A stretch of 64,000 bases of DNA from Colwellia sp. (lineage in GTDB: Bacteria; Pseudomonadota; Gammaproteobacteria; Enterobacterales; Alteromonadaceae): NCBI GenBank assembly GCA_034111045.1, contig JAWUYA010000007.1:9134-73133 (forward strand), read 5' to 3'. Under the pieces are notes generated by a model. It was not told where the DNA came from, made no database searches, and worked only from the letters and a program-made list of their open reading frames with translations. Both the position numbers and the translations under genes were made by a program. Below, piece after piece: positions 51,390-61,631 of this stretch (position 1 is its first letter; the number at the start of each line of letters is the position of its first letter).

Positions 51390-52025
51390 CTAGTTATGTA
51401 GTCGCACTATTTTTTCGAAATCACTGATAAGTTTCGTGCCATCTATACTGGGCACTTGCCCAATTTCTTGGTCCGGCTTAAATATAGCCGCTATTTTTCC
51501 TGTAGGATTGATCAGTACAATAGAGGCGCTATGATCAACTAAATATTCAGCATCACTGTTATCGCTTTCGTTGTCAGTTATGGCGTACATCAATCCCATG
51601 TTACGAGCAAAGGGATAAAGTGCCCCATGATCGCCCCTTAGCGCTTTAAATTCACGGTTAAAATAAGCAATATATTTCGCTAATTTTTCTTGACTATCAC
51701 GTTGGGGATCAACAGAAACTAACAATACTTGGTTATCCGCTATTACTGTTAATTCATCATAAATGAAGTTAAGTTCTTGCAAGGTTATTGGGCAAACATC
51801 AGGACAAGAAGTATAACCAAAAAAAACCCAAGACCACTTACCGAGCAGCTGCTGATTCGCAAAGGTATTACCTTGGTGATCAGTCAACTGAAAAGGTGTT
51901 ATTACCCTAGCTTGTTGATAATAGAGGGCATGGTCTGGTTTCGCCAAATAAAACGATTTATAAAAACCTAACAAGCCGGCAGCAAGTGCCACTAGAGCGA
52001 CAATAACATAAAGTAATTTATTCAT
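51390..52025 (-). CDS. SCO1/SenC family copper chaperone
   Basis: It has an N-terminal TM anchor, FGYTSCPDVCP (CxxxC) and a downstream DHS motif. It is the last gene of the oxidase assembly cluster. Confidence 0.9.
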   Translation of the reverse strand: MNKLLYVIVALVALAAGLLGFYKSFYLAKPDHALYYQQARVITPFQLTDHQGNTFANQQLLGKWSWVFFGYTSCPDVCPITLQELNFIYDELTVIADNQVLLVSVDPQRDSQEKLAKYIAYFNREFKALRGDHGALYPFARNMGLMYAITDNESDNSDAEYLVDHSASIVLINPTGKIAAIFKPDQEIGQVPSIDGTKLISDFEKIVRLHN

Positions 52026-52040
52026 AATTAGGGCTTATCC

Positions 52041-52967
52041 TTAACTTAACGGCAATATGTAATGATCAAGTAACAAGACAATAAATAACACCATTAAGTG
52101 AACAATAGAGAATTTAAAGGTATCCATTGCGGTATTTTCATTGGCGTTAAATTTAAGTTTCCATGCGTACATGAAAAAGATTAGATTGAGCACTACCGCG
52201 CCAATTAAGTAAATCCAACTACTCATCCCTACCAAGTAAGGCAGCAGGCCAACAACAAACAATAATATGGTATATAACAAGATTTGAGTTTTAGTAAAAT
52301 TTACTCCGTGGGTTACCGGTAACATCGGTATATTAACTTTGGCATATTCATTTTTACGATGGATAGCTAACGCCCAGAAATGTGGCGGTGTCCAAGTAAA
52401 AACCAATAAAACCAACAATAAAGCATGCGGGTGAATTTCATTGGTCATTGCTGTCCAGCCCAACAAAGGCGGTATAGCGCCAGCTAAACCACCGATAGTT
52501 ATATTTTGAGGGGTAGCCCTTTTTAAGTACAAAGTATAAACAAAGCTATAGCCTACTAACCCAGAAAAAGTTAGCCATGCCGTTAACGGATTGACTAAAC
52601 TATAGAGCATGACAAAACCAATAATGGCAATTGTTGCAGCAAAAACAATGGCATTGTTAGTCGTTATTTTTCCCCCAGGTAAAGGTCTATTATGGGTACG
52701 CCCCATAACCGCGTCAATTTTCTCGTCAACAATATGATTAATCGCTGCCGCTGCTGATGACAATAAACCAATGCCTAACATTGCAGGCAAAAATAGCTGC
52801 CATGGGAGTGCTCCAGGTACCGACAGGCTCATACCAACAACGGCTGTTAATACTAGTAAAGCAACTACACGCGGTTTAGTGATCTCATAATAAGCACTGC
52901 ATTTACTCATCATTGTAATTTTTGTTTCATCTTTTACATTAATTGATAATGTTGAAGAGTCGCTCAT
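52041..52967 (-). CDS. ctaB: protoheme IX farnesyltransferase (heme O synthase)
   Basis: It belongs to the UbiA prenyltransferase family ([31 protein letters not shown]). Confidence 0.95.
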   Translation of the reverse strand: MSDSSTLSINVKDETKITMMSKCSAYYEITKPRVVALLVLTAVVGMSLSVPGALPWQLFLPAMLGIGLLSSAAAAINHIVDEKIDAVMGRTHNRPLPGGKITTNNAIVFAATIAIIGFVMLYSLVNPLTAWLTFSGLVGYSFVYTLYLKRATPQNITIGGLAGAIPPLLGWTAMTNEIHPHALLLVLLVFTWTPPHFWALAIHRKNEYAKVNIPMLPVTHGVNFTKTQILLYTILLFVVGLLPYLVGMSSWIYLIGAVVLNLIFFMYAWKLKFNANENTAMDTFKFSIVHLMVLFIVLLLDHYILPLS

Positions 52968-52983
52968 ATAAATTCCTTAAATC

Positions 52984-54000
52984 TCAAATTTTTCGACGAA
53001 GGCTGTAAGTCAGCATGATCAGTGAGAGCATCAAACAAGCCGCAACTACGTTATGACTGACGGCGATCGCAAGTGGTAATGAAAACCAAATATTACTAAT
53101 GCCTAAACTTACCTGCGTTATCAACAAAACAGCTAAAATTGCTGCTGAATTTTTAAAAAAAGCTGTTTTAGATTTTACAAACACCATAAACGCTAACCAA
53201 GCTAAATATAAAAAGGTAACAATAGCGCCCAAACGATGTACCACATGAATGGTTAACCGTTCATCATGATCCAAATGGCCAAATTCATACGTCGCTTTTT
53301 CTGGGGGGATAACATCAAATGAATCCTCAAAGGTTAAGCGCTCCATCCAGCCAGATTGACAAATGGGTAATTCAGTACAGGTCAGTGCAGCATAGTTAGA
53401 TGATGTCCAGCCACCTAGCGCTATTTGCGCTGTTAAAATCACTATACCAATAAAACCATAGCGACCATATTTTCTCACTGAAAAATCGCCAGTGTTCAAC
53501 CGATAAGGGTTAAGCCTCAAGTACAATAAAAATAATAAACATAACGTAGTAAATCCACCTAATAAATGAGCCATAACGACTATGGGCATTAGTTTCATGG
53601 TGACTGTCCACATGCCTAGGGCTGCTTGAAAGGTCACAATAACTAAAATCAAAAGGGGCAGGCGAAGTGGCGTACCCTGACTACGATTTTTAATTGATAA
53701 AAATGCAATGGCTAAAATTAACAAACCTAAAGTACCGGCAAAATAGCGATGGATCATTTCATTCCACGCTTTTTCTGGTTCGACAATAGCATTAGGAAAA
53801 TTTTGTTGTGCTTTAATTAATTGCTCACTTGTTTGAGGTACCTCTAGCATCCCGTAACAACCGGGCCAATCAGGACAACCCAAACCCGCATGTGTTAATC
53901 GTGCATAAGCACCTAAACTGACCACAACTAAAGCTAATAGGATACTGATAAAAACAAGCTTTCTAATGGTTAATTGTTTTTGATGATACATATTAACCAA
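52984..54000 (-). CDS. ctaA: heme A synthase (COX15/CtaA)
   Basis: It has 8 TM helices and conserved His residues (MIHRYFA, HLLGG, VHRLGA, SHNVVA). Confidence 0.9.
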   Translation of the reverse strand: MVNMYHQKQLTIRKLVFISILLALVVVSLGAYARLTHAGLGCPDWPGCYGMLEVPQTSEQLIKAQQNFPNAIVEPEKAWNEMIHRYFAGTLGLLILAIAFLSIKNRSQGTPLRLPLLILVIVTFQAALGMWTVTMKLMPIVVMAHLLGGFTTLCLLFLLYLRLNPYRLNTGDFSVRKYGRYGFIGIVILTAQIALGGWTSSNYAALTCTELPICQSGWMERLTFEDSFDVIPPEKATYEFGHLDHDERLTIHVVHRLGAIVTFLYLAWLAFMVFVKSKTAFFKNSAAILAVLLITQVSLGISNIWFSLPLAIAVSHNVVAACLMLSLIMLTYSLRRKI

Positions 54001-54601
54001 TCCTTGAATACTTCAATAATTTTTTCATATCCGCCAAGATTTTTTTACCAAAAGCGGATAGCTCAGCGTTATTTTCAGGAATTTGATGACTTAGCAAAAC
54101 ATTACCTTGGGGATCTGCCACTAATATTTGGGCTTGACCCAACATTTTTTTAGCTAAACTTGGCATGGCTATCAAATGCCATTGACTGTCTTTTATGCGT
54201 TCTTTCTGCTGAGAGGACAAACCTTGGCTCAGCGCAACGGGAGTAACTCTTGGCATTTCTGTGCCTAATGCAACATAGCTATTGTGCACGCTCTCAAGTG
54301 TTTGCTCACAATGGTTGTCACACCCTTTTGGCATTGCGAAGAGAATTAACCATTGTTGCTCAAAGTCGGTCTTATTTATGCCCAGTTTTTTCAGCGTAAG
54401 CTCACCCTCAATTAGCTTACCTTGATTAGTAACACCATAGGTTAGCCAGTTGTTCTCTAAAGCTAATTTAGCTAAAATAATAGGCAGAGCAAAAGCCAGT
54501 AGCAGCAAAATAAAGCTGCGGCGTGATTTTGCCTTATTGATAGGAGCTGATTGATTTGACTTATTAGCTTCATTATTTACTGAGGTGTCATTACTACTCA
54601 T
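53993..54601 (-). CDS. membrane-anchored hypothetical protein with CxxxC motif (thioredoxin/SCO-like?)
   Basis: It has one TM helix (FILLLLAFALPIIL) followed by ILFAMPKGCDNHCEQTL. It sits between SURF1 and ctaA and overlaps the ctaA start by 8 nt. ATG at 54601 is preferred over the TTG at 54610. Confidence 0.5.
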   Translation of the reverse strand: MSSNDTSVNNEANKSNQSAPINKAKSRRSFILLLLAFALPIILAKLALENNWLTYGVTNQGKLIEGELTLKKLGINKTDFEQQWLILFAMPKGCDNHCEQTLESVHNSYVALGTEMPRVTPVALSQGLSSQQKERIKDSQWHLIAMPSLAKKMLGQAQILVADPQGNVLLSHQIPENNAELSAFGKKILADMKKLLKYSRIG

Positions 54602-54619
54602 ACGTCCCAACCTTTTCTA

Positions 54620-55405
54620 TCATTTTTCTTTATTGTTAATATCGTTATCTTGACCAAAACGATAGCTTGCCCAGATCATTAAAGATAACCATGCAACAGC
54701 TAAACTATACCATTGAAACGCATACGCCCGATGTTTTTCGGGAGGCATGACAATGGGTTTCCAATTTTTTTCAAACCCTAATGGTTCATTTTCATCTAAG
54801 TAGACAACAAATGGCAATAGCTTCAGGCCAATTAATGTGGAAAACTTATCTAGCTCTATTTGCTGCACCCGCAAAGGCCACTGATTCGATTCGAACTTCT
54901 GTTCAGTCAGCATTATTCCTTGGTCGATAAAACGAATATGCCCCTCAAACTGAAACTGTCCAACTAATGCCGTCACTATTGGTATTTCTTGCCTATTAAT
55001 AGACCCTTGTATCCAGCCTAAGTTGACTAAAATAGCATGTTCACCCGATTGCGCGACTTGATAAACTCGGTAACCTAATGAATTTTTATTAACTTGATTA
55101 TCCAGTAAAAATACAATGTCAGGCAGAAATTTACCCTCGACTGTCACCGGAAAATCATTAATGTAGTTAATTTGAGTATTTGACTTTTTTAACGCTAACA
55201 CCTTGGGTAATGAAAGTGAATTTTGTTGTTGTAAACTAACCATACGATCAAGCCTTTGCTCTTTTTCTAAGGCCCTTGAACTCTGCCATACACCTAACTT
55301 GAGCAAACCAGAAAAAATAACTAGTGTAAAGATCAACCACGGCAGGCTAATATTTGATAAGCTAAATTTAATTCGTTCTGTGGTTGAAAATTTACGGTTT
55401 TGCAC
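54620..55405 (-). CDS. SURF1 family cytochrome oxidase assembly protein
   Basis: It has N- and C-terminal TM helices, GWIQG and YAFQWY motifs, and sits within the cox cluster. Confidence 0.85.
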   Translation of the reverse strand: MQNRKFSTTERIKFSLSNISLPWLIFTLVIFSGLLKLGVWQSSRALEKEQRLDRMVSLQQQNSLSLPKVLALKKSNTQINYINDFPVTVEGKFLPDIVFLLDNQVNKNSLGYRVYQVAQSGEHAILVNLGWIQGSINRQEIPIVTALVGQFQFEGHIRFIDQGIMLTEQKFESNQWPLRVQQIELDKFSTLIGLKLLPFVVYLDENEPLGFEKNWKPIVMPPEKHRAYAFQWYSLAVAWLSLMIWASYRFGQDNDINNKEK

Positions 55406-55455
55406 TTGAATTTTACTTCCTTAATACAACAATCCTACTTAGGAAGAGTTTTTAT

Positions 55456-55665
55456 ATGGTATTTAAAATAGTTATCGTCAGCCTGCTGGCTTTTATGGTT
55501 TACAACTTATTTAAAGCGTTAATATTAATGAAAAAAAACGACTCCAATAAGCCTTCAATGACAAAATATATTGGTAGACGACTTTACCTTTCTGTCGCTA
55601 TCGTTTTATTACTACTCGTTGGTTTACTAACTGGTGTTATAACGCCAAACCCCCGTCCTTATTAA
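55456..55665 (+). CDS. twin-transmembrane-helix small protein (DUF2909)
   Basis: It is 69 aa with two TM helices. AGGAAGAG lies 8 nt before ATG 55456. It sits between coxC and SURF1 on the opposite strand, as seen in other gammaproteobacterial cox clusters. Confidence 0.65.
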   Translation: MVFKIVIVSLLAFMVYNLFKALILMKKNDSNKPSMTKYIGRRLYLSVAIVLLLLVGLLTGVITPNPRPY

Positions 55666-55804
55666 CTTAATGGTAAATTCATTAAGCCTTCTAACCGTTT
55701 AGTCTACGCCTTTTTATATTAGTAAAAGGTGAAAGCGCCACATTGAAAAAACATCAATGAGCACTTTCACCGTAGTAATCATACCAATTAGGCGTGATAT
55801 AAAA

Positions 55805-56689
55805 CTATATGATATAGACGAATACGAATAGCATTACCCATACCACGTCAACAAAATGCCAATACCAGCTTGTTGCTTGGAAAGCGAAATGTTTTTCAGC
55901 TGTAAAATGGCCTTTTAATATTCTAAAGAACATCACTATTAGCATTACTGTACCTAAAGTAACATGCATGCCATGGAAGCCAGTCAACAGATAGAAAGTA
56001 TTGCCGTATATACCACTCGATAAATACAACTGCATCTCTTCAGAATAACCGTGAGAATATTCTAGTACTTGAAAAAACAAGAAAGCACAACCTAACAAAA
56101 TGGTAATTCCTAACCATGCCTTTAGTTGTGGACGTCTATTATTCTCTAATGCAACATGGGCAAAATGAGCAGTAATAGATGATGTCACTAGTAATATAGT
56201 ATTTAGTAAAGGTAACCCATACCAACCCATTGCTGTGGTTTCTGTACCGTCAGGTGTTTTTATTAACGGCCAAGTAGCCGTAAAGTCTGGCCATAATACT
56301 TCACCAGTCATAAAATTATTACCGGCACCATCTAACCATGGTACAGAAAGTGTTCTTGCATAAAGCAATGCGCCAAAAAAAGCGGCAAAAAACATCACTT
56401 CTGAAAAGATAAACCAGACCATTCCTTGTCTAAACGAACTGTCTAATTGGCGGCTATATTTTCCAGCCATCGATTCAGTGATCACATTGCTAAACCAGCC
56501 AAACATCATAAAAATAATTAAGCCAATACCAGCCAGCAAAATTAAACCGCCAAAGCCACTTTCATTGTTAGCTAAATCAGAAACATAGTTTCCTGCGCCT
56601 ATAGCAATTAAAAATAGTGCAACCGCGCCAACAATAGGCCAGTGACTTTGATCGGGTACATAATAGTTTTCATATTCTTTTGTTGTCAT
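55805..56689 (-). CDS. coxC: cytochrome c oxidase subunit III
   Basis: It has 7 TM helices and the sequences FGWFSNV, GFHGMHVTLG and WYWHFVDVVW. Confidence 0.95.
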   Translation of the reverse strand: MTTKEYENYYVPDQSHWPIVGAVALFLIAIGAGNYVSDLANNESGFGGLILLAGIGLIIFMMFGWFSNVITESMAGKYSRQLDSSFRQGMVWFIFSEVMFFAAFFGALLYARTLSVPWLDGAGNNFMTGEVLWPDFTATWPLIKTPDGTETTAMGWYGLPLLNTILLVTSSITAHFAHVALENNRRPQLKAWLGITILLGCAFLFFQVLEYSHGYSEEMQLYLSSGIYGNTFYLLTGFHGMHVTLGTVMLIVMFFRILKGHFTAEKHFAFQATSWYWHFVDVVWVMLFVFVYII

Positions 56690-56722
56690 TTCATTCCCCT
56701 TCTTGTGCTTACACTAACCCCC

Positions 56723-57319
56723 TTAGGAGGATGAGTCTGCGCTGCCAGTAATATCGTAAAGCGTATATGATAGTGTTAATGTGGAAACCTCTGCAGGTAA
56801 GTCTACATCAACATAGAACTGTAATCCCATTTCAACATCTTCATTAGCTTTTAATGGCTGCTGGGTAAAGCAGAAACATTCTATTTTTTGAAAATAGCCT
56901 GCGGCCATACCCGGTGAAACTGATGGAACGGCTTGTCCAACAATATCACGCATAGATTCATTTTTAGCGTAAAATTTAACAAATTTAACTTCACCTGGAT
57001 GAACTTCTACCTCATTAATTACTGGCTCAAACTGCCAAGGAATTCCCTTAGCCATACGAGTAATAAATTGCACAGTAACTGTGCGAGAAGTATCAACGCC
57101 ATCAGCAGAATAAGATACTGCAGTGTCATTGGTTTTTCCGTTTAATCCGGTGATATCACAAAACACGTCATATAAAGGCACCAAAGCAAATCCAAAACCA
57201 AACATACCAAAGACAATCAGTAATAGTTTTTTGACAACTTGGCCGTTAGTCGAGTTCGAAGAGCTAACAACTGCTTGCTGCTCTTCATCATTCAACTCTT
57301 GCTTTGGGCTTTTATTCAT
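56723..57319 (-). CDS. ctaG: cytochrome c oxidase assembly protein CtaG/Cox11
   Basis: It has a TM anchor and the copper-binding CFCF motif (IECFCFTQQ). Confidence 0.9.
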   Translation of the reverse strand: MNKSPKQELNDEEQQAVVSSSNSTNGQVVKKLLLIVFGMFGFGFALVPLYDVFCDITGLNGKTNDTAVSYSADGVDTSRTVTVQFITRMAKGIPWQFEPVINEVEVHPGEVKFVKFYAKNESMRDIVGQAVPSVSPGMAAGYFQKIECFCFTQQPLKANEDVEMGLQFYVDVDLPAEVSTLTLSYTLYDITGSADSSS

Positions 57320-57321
57320 TA

Positions 57322-58920
57322 TTAATCAATTTTTGGTGGTGTTGAGAATGTATGGTACGGCGCTGGGCTAGCCACAGTCCATTCCAATCCTTCAGCTCCA
57401 TCCCAAGGTTTTGCAGGTGCTTTTTCGCCACCTTTAATACATTTAATCACCACAGCTAAGAAAATCAATTGTGATAAACCAAACGCAAAACCACCAATGC
57501 TTACCCACTTGTTAAAGTCAGCAAATTGCAACGCATAATCAGGTATACGACGAGGCATACCCGCTAATCCTAAGAAATGCATAGGGAAGAACAATAAATT
57601 CACCGAAATTAATGAACACCAGAAATGCCAGCTAGCTAACGTTTTGTTATACATATGCCCTGTCCATTTTGGCATCCAGTAATAAGCCCCTGCGTACATT
57701 GAAAATAAAGAGCCTGTTACCAACACATAATGGAAATGCGCAACAACAAAATAAGTATCATGGTATTGGAAATCAACTGGCGTTAACGCCAACATCAATC
57801 CAGAAAAGCCACCAATAGTGAATAAAATCACAAAAGCAATAGAGAACAACATAGGTGTTTCAAATGATAATGAACCGCGCCACATCGTTGCTACCCAGTT
57901 AAAGACTTTAACACCGGTAGGCACCGCAATTAACATAGTGCAATACATGAAAAACAATTCACCAAACAGCGGCATCCCTGTGGTAAACATGTGATGTGCC
58001 CAAACAATAAATGATAAGAAGGCAATTGAAGCTGTTGCATACACCATTGAACTATAGCCAAACAATTTTTTACGTGAAAATGCTGGAATAGTGGTTGAAA
58101 CAATACCAAATGCTGGCAAGATCATAATGTAAACTTCAGGATGACCGAAGAACCAAAATATATGTTGGAACATTACTGGGTCGCCACCACCGGCAGCATC
58201 AAAGAAGCTTGTGCCAAAATAAGTGTCGGTCAATACCATAGTGACCACACCTGCGAGGATGGGCATCACCGCTATCAACAAGTAAGCTGTAATAAAGAAG
58301 GTCCAAACAAACAATGGCATTTTCATGTAAGTCATACCCGGAGCACGCATATTCATAATGGTAACTACGATATTAATCGCGCCCATTATTGATGAGATGC
58401 CCATAATATGCACAGCAAAAACAAAAAATGCCGTGCTGCCATTTGAATAGGTTGTTGATAGAGGTGCATAGAAGGTCCAACCGAAATTAGGCGCTCCGCT
58501 CTCCATAAAGAATGAACTGAGAAGAATACCAAAAGCGAATGGTAATATCCAAAAGCTCCAGTTATTCATTCTTGGTAATGCCATATCCGGCGCACCGATC
58601 ATCATCGGTAGCATCCAGTTAGCAAAACCAACAAAACCTGGCATTATGGCACCAAACACCATAATCAACCCATGAACTGTGGTTAATTGGTTAAAAAAGT
58701 CAGGTTCAACAATTTGTAATCCGGGCTGAAATAACTCTGCACGAATTACCATGGCTAAAGCGCCGCCAATTAGTAACATGATGAAAGAGAACCATAAATA
58801 TAACGTACCTATATCTTTATGATTTGTTGTATATAACCAGCGTTTAATACCAGTCATCTTGTGGTCGTCGTGATGCTCACCTTCGTGCGAGTCATGATCA
58901 TTTAAAACATCTGTAGTCAT
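57322..58920 (-). CDS. coxA: cytochrome c oxidase subunit I (A-type, aa3)
   Basis: WFFGHPEVYI, the HHMF motif and other heme/CuB ligands are present. It is 532 aa. Confidence 0.97.
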   Translation of the reverse strand: MTTDVLNDHDSHEGEHHDDHKMTGIKRWLYTTNHKDIGTLYLWFSFIMLLIGGALAMVIRAELFQPGLQIVEPDFFNQLTTVHGLIMVFGAIMPGFVGFANWMLPMMIGAPDMALPRMNNWSFWILPFAFGILLSSFFMESGAPNFGWTFYAPLSTTYSNGSTAFFVFAVHIMGISSIMGAINIVVTIMNMRAPGMTYMKMPLFVWTFFITAYLLIAVMPILAGVVTMVLTDTYFGTSFFDAAGGGDPVMFQHIFWFFGHPEVYIMILPAFGIVSTTIPAFSRKKLFGYSSMVYATASIAFLSFIVWAHHMFTTGMPLFGELFFMYCTMLIAVPTGVKVFNWVATMWRGSLSFETPMLFSIAFVILFTIGGFSGLMLALTPVDFQYHDTYFVVAHFHYVLVTGSLFSMYAGAYYWMPKWTGHMYNKTLASWHFWCSLISVNLLFFPMHFLGLAGMPRRIPDYALQFADFNKWVSIGGFAFGLSQLIFLAVVIKCIKGGEKAPAKPWDGAEGLEWTVASPAPYHTFSTPPKID

Positions 58921-58931
58921 TTAAATACCCC

Positions 58932-60470
58932 TTAATTCGCACTTGCGGCAGTGACATCTGCAGCTTGTATTAGATCGCCAGTATTATTACTCCAAGCATT
59001 ACGCTCGTAAGTCACAACTGCGGCAATTTCTGTTTTAGTTAGCTGCGATGAAAACGCGCCCATTGCTGGATTTGTCGCACTACCGTTAACCACGATATCA
59101 ATATGCTTAGCCACATCGCCTGTAGCAATGACACTACCATCTAATGCTGGGAAAACAGGAGGCATACCTTTACCTGTAGGTTGATGACAAGCAACACACG
59201 CTTTATTATAAACGTCTTTACCCATTACCATCATTTCTGCCATTGAATAAATTTTAACTAAGTCTTCAACAGGAACAATAATAGTTTTTTCAACTGCAGC
59301 TTTTACTTCAGGCGCAGGTGTTTTAGTTTCGCCTCCGGCAGCAGCTTTAACATCGGAAGCCTGAATTGTATCACCGGTATCATTACCCCAAGCGTTACGC
59401 TCATAAGTAACTACAGCGGCAATTTCTTTCATGCTCAGTTGTTTACTATAACTTTGCATACCCGTTCCCGCGCGGCCATTTAAAACAATTTTGATGTGAT
59501 CATCGGTAGAACCTTCAGTTGTGTAAGGAGTTCCCTTAAGAGCAGGAAAAGCCGGAGGTAAACCTAAACCCGTAGGTTGATGGCAAGCGGCACAATAAGC
59601 CATATAAGTGGTTTCACCTAAAGCCATTAGTTCATCCATAGAAGCGGAAGCATTTAGCGCCTCTTTCTCTGCTTGAGCTGCTTGAGCTGCAATTTGGTAT
59701 TGTTCATCTACCCATATGGCATAATCTGCCTCAGATTTGACTTCAACAACAATCGGCATAAAACCATGGTCTTTACCACAGAGCTCAGCACATTGACCGC
59801 GATAAATACCTGGTTTGTCAACATTAGTCCAAGCTTCATTAATAAAACCGGGATTTGCATCTTGTTTCACTGCGAATGCGGGTACCCACCAAGCATGAAT
59901 AACATCATCGGAAGTAATTAAAAAGCGTACTTTTTTGTTCACAGGGATAACTAAGGGCTTATCAACTTCAAGTAAATAATTTTCACCTTTTATCGCTGAG
60001 GTACCATTTTGGTTTTCATATTGATCACGAGGAGTGGATAAAACTGAATAGTATTCAATATCTTCGTCGAAATACTTGTAATGCCATTTCCACTGTGAAC
60101 CAGTCACCTGAATAGTAACATCAGAGTCATCATTATTTTCCATACTTATTAGCGTGCTAGTAGCAGGAACCGCCATAGCAATAAGTATAACGATAGGAAT
60201 TGCTGTCCAAAGGATTTCAACAGTGGTGCTTTCATGAAAATCTGCGGCTTTATAACCTTTTGATTTGCGATGAAAAGCCATGGACCAAAACATTGCACCA
60301 AAAACCACTACACCAATTGCAGTACATATCCAAAGTGCCAACATATGTAGATCGTAAACTTCTTCACTAATTTTTGTAACACCTTGTGTTAAGTTTAGTT
60401 TCATATCGGCCCAAGCTGTACTGGAAAGTAAACTTCCCAACAGCAGCCAACCTAGGTTACCTCTTTTCAC
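58932..60470 (-). CDS. coxB: cytochrome c oxidase subunit II with C-terminal tandem cytochrome c domains
   Basis: The CuA site is CAELCGKDHGFM, and two CxxCH heme-c motifs (CAACH, CVACH) follow. The GTG start has AGAGGAAAAGGGG upstream. Confidence 0.95.
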   Translation of the reverse strand: MKRGNLGWLLLGSLLSSTAWADMKLNLTQGVTKISEEVYDLHMLALWICTAIGVVVFGAMFWSMAFHRKSKGYKAADFHESTTVEILWTAIPIVILIAMAVPATSTLISMENNDDSDVTIQVTGSQWKWHYKYFDEDIEYYSVLSTPRDQYENQNGTSAIKGENYLLEVDKPLVIPVNKKVRFLITSDDVIHAWWVPAFAVKQDANPGFINEAWTNVDKPGIYRGQCAELCGKDHGFMPIVVEVKSEADYAIWVDEQYQIAAQAAQAEKEALNASASMDELMALGETTYMAYCAACHQPTGLGLPPAFPALKGTPYTTEGSTDDHIKIVLNGRAGTGMQSYSKQLSMKEIAAVVTYERNAWGNDTGDTIQASDVKAAAGGETKTPAPEVKAAVEKTIIVPVEDLVKIYSMAEMMVMGKDVYNKACVACHQPTGKGMPPVFPALDGSVIATGDVAKHIDIVVNGSATNPAMGAFSSQLTKTEIAAVVTYERNAWSNNTGDLIQAADVTAASAN

Positions 60471-60664
60471 TCGACATCCCCTTTTCCTCTTTTAAATAGA
60501 AAACAAAACAAGGGTGCAGTGTAAATTGGTGCCACTGGGACAAATGTTTTGTCAATTTTATTATTATTTTTGTTAGTATTGTGAAACATAAAACGGAATA
60601 TTTCACAATATTGTTATTGTTTGTGCTGATTTCTTTTGATTTCGCACACAGAATCTATTAAAAC

Positions 60665-60678
60665 TTGATCTAGGTCAA
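60665..60678. promoter_or_regulatory. FNR/CRP-family-like palindrome TTGATCTAGGTCAA upstream of coxB
   Basis: It matches the FNR consensus TTGAT-N4-ATCAA at 9 of 10 positions and lies about 195 nt upstream of the coxB start. Confidence 0.3.
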
Positions 60679-60968
60679 TTTAAAAATTCAGGTATACAAT
60701 AAATTAATCTCTATAACTACAGTGGAGCTTTAACTCTAACCAGATGATAAAATACCAGCATACAAGGGTTTATCTACTTTATTTGACAAAGAAATGCGCT
60801 AAAACAATAAGGCGACTACTTTCAGTAAAAATTAACGATTTTAGTTAAACTTGCGTTATGAAGTTTTTAGAGGCCATTATTCAAAATATTCACTACAAAA
60901 AACACTACTTAGCATAGCCAAGGTGATTATAGTCTCATACTATTATTTTCAGCATTAATTAAGAAGAT

Positions 60969-61583
60969 TTACATCCAGTCTGCCGCACGAATAACACCAA
61001 CAGCTAAACCTTCAATAGTGAAATTCTGGCTTGCAAGATCTACTTTAATTGGCGAATAAGCTTCATTTTCAGCGTGAAGGTAAACTACATTGCCCTCACG
61101 TTTATAACGTTTAACAGTTACGTCTTCTTCAACGCGCGCCACCACCACTTGACCTTGTTGAACATCCATTGTTTGGTGTACGGCAAGTAAATCACCATCT
61201 AAAATGCCGATATCTTTCATACTATCGCCATTAACACGTAATAAATAATCAGCCGCGGGGTGGAATAAACTGCCATCTACTTTATAATGATCTTCAACAT
61301 GTTCTTCAGCAAGAATAGGTTCACCTGCAGCAACTTGGCCAATTAATGGTAAGCCCTCAACTTCAATAAACTCTTCTGCCAAACGAATACCTCTAGAAGT
61401 ACCCGGTAACATTTCAATATAACCTTTTTTCGCTAAAGCCTTTAAATGTTCTTCAGCAGCATTTGCTGATTTAAACCCGAAATAGCCAGCAATTTCGGCA
61501 CGCGTAGGTGGCATGCCCGTATCAGAGATTTTATCTCTAATAAAATCAAATATTTGCTGTTGCCTTGACGTTAAAGGGCGCAT
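60969..61583 (-). CDS. lexA: LexA repressor
   Basis: The N-terminus is [17 protein letters not shown]. The Ala-Gly cleavage site (VAAGEP) and the Ser/Lys dyad (GDSM...VKR) are present. It is 204 aa. Confidence 0.97.
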   Translation of the reverse strand: MRPLTSRQQQIFDFIRDKISDTGMPPTRAEIAGYFGFKSANAAEEHLKALAKKGYIEMLPGTSRGIRLAEEFIEVEGLPLIGQVAAGEPILAEEHVEDHYKVDGSLFHPAADYLLRVNGDSMKDIGILDGDLLAVHQTMDVQQGQVVVARVEEDVTVKRYKREGNVVYLHAENEAYSPIKVDLASQNFTIEGLAVGVIRAADWM

Positions 61584-61611
61584 AAAATTCCTGTATTATC
61601 TTATTTATATA

Positions 61612-61631
61612 TACTGTAAGTATATACAGCC
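61612..61631. promoter_or_regulatory. LexA (SOS) box TACTGTAAGTATATACAGCC
   Basis: CTGT-N8-ACAG is perfect and lies about 30 nt upstream of the lexA ATG, consistent with autoregulation. Confidence 0.85.
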
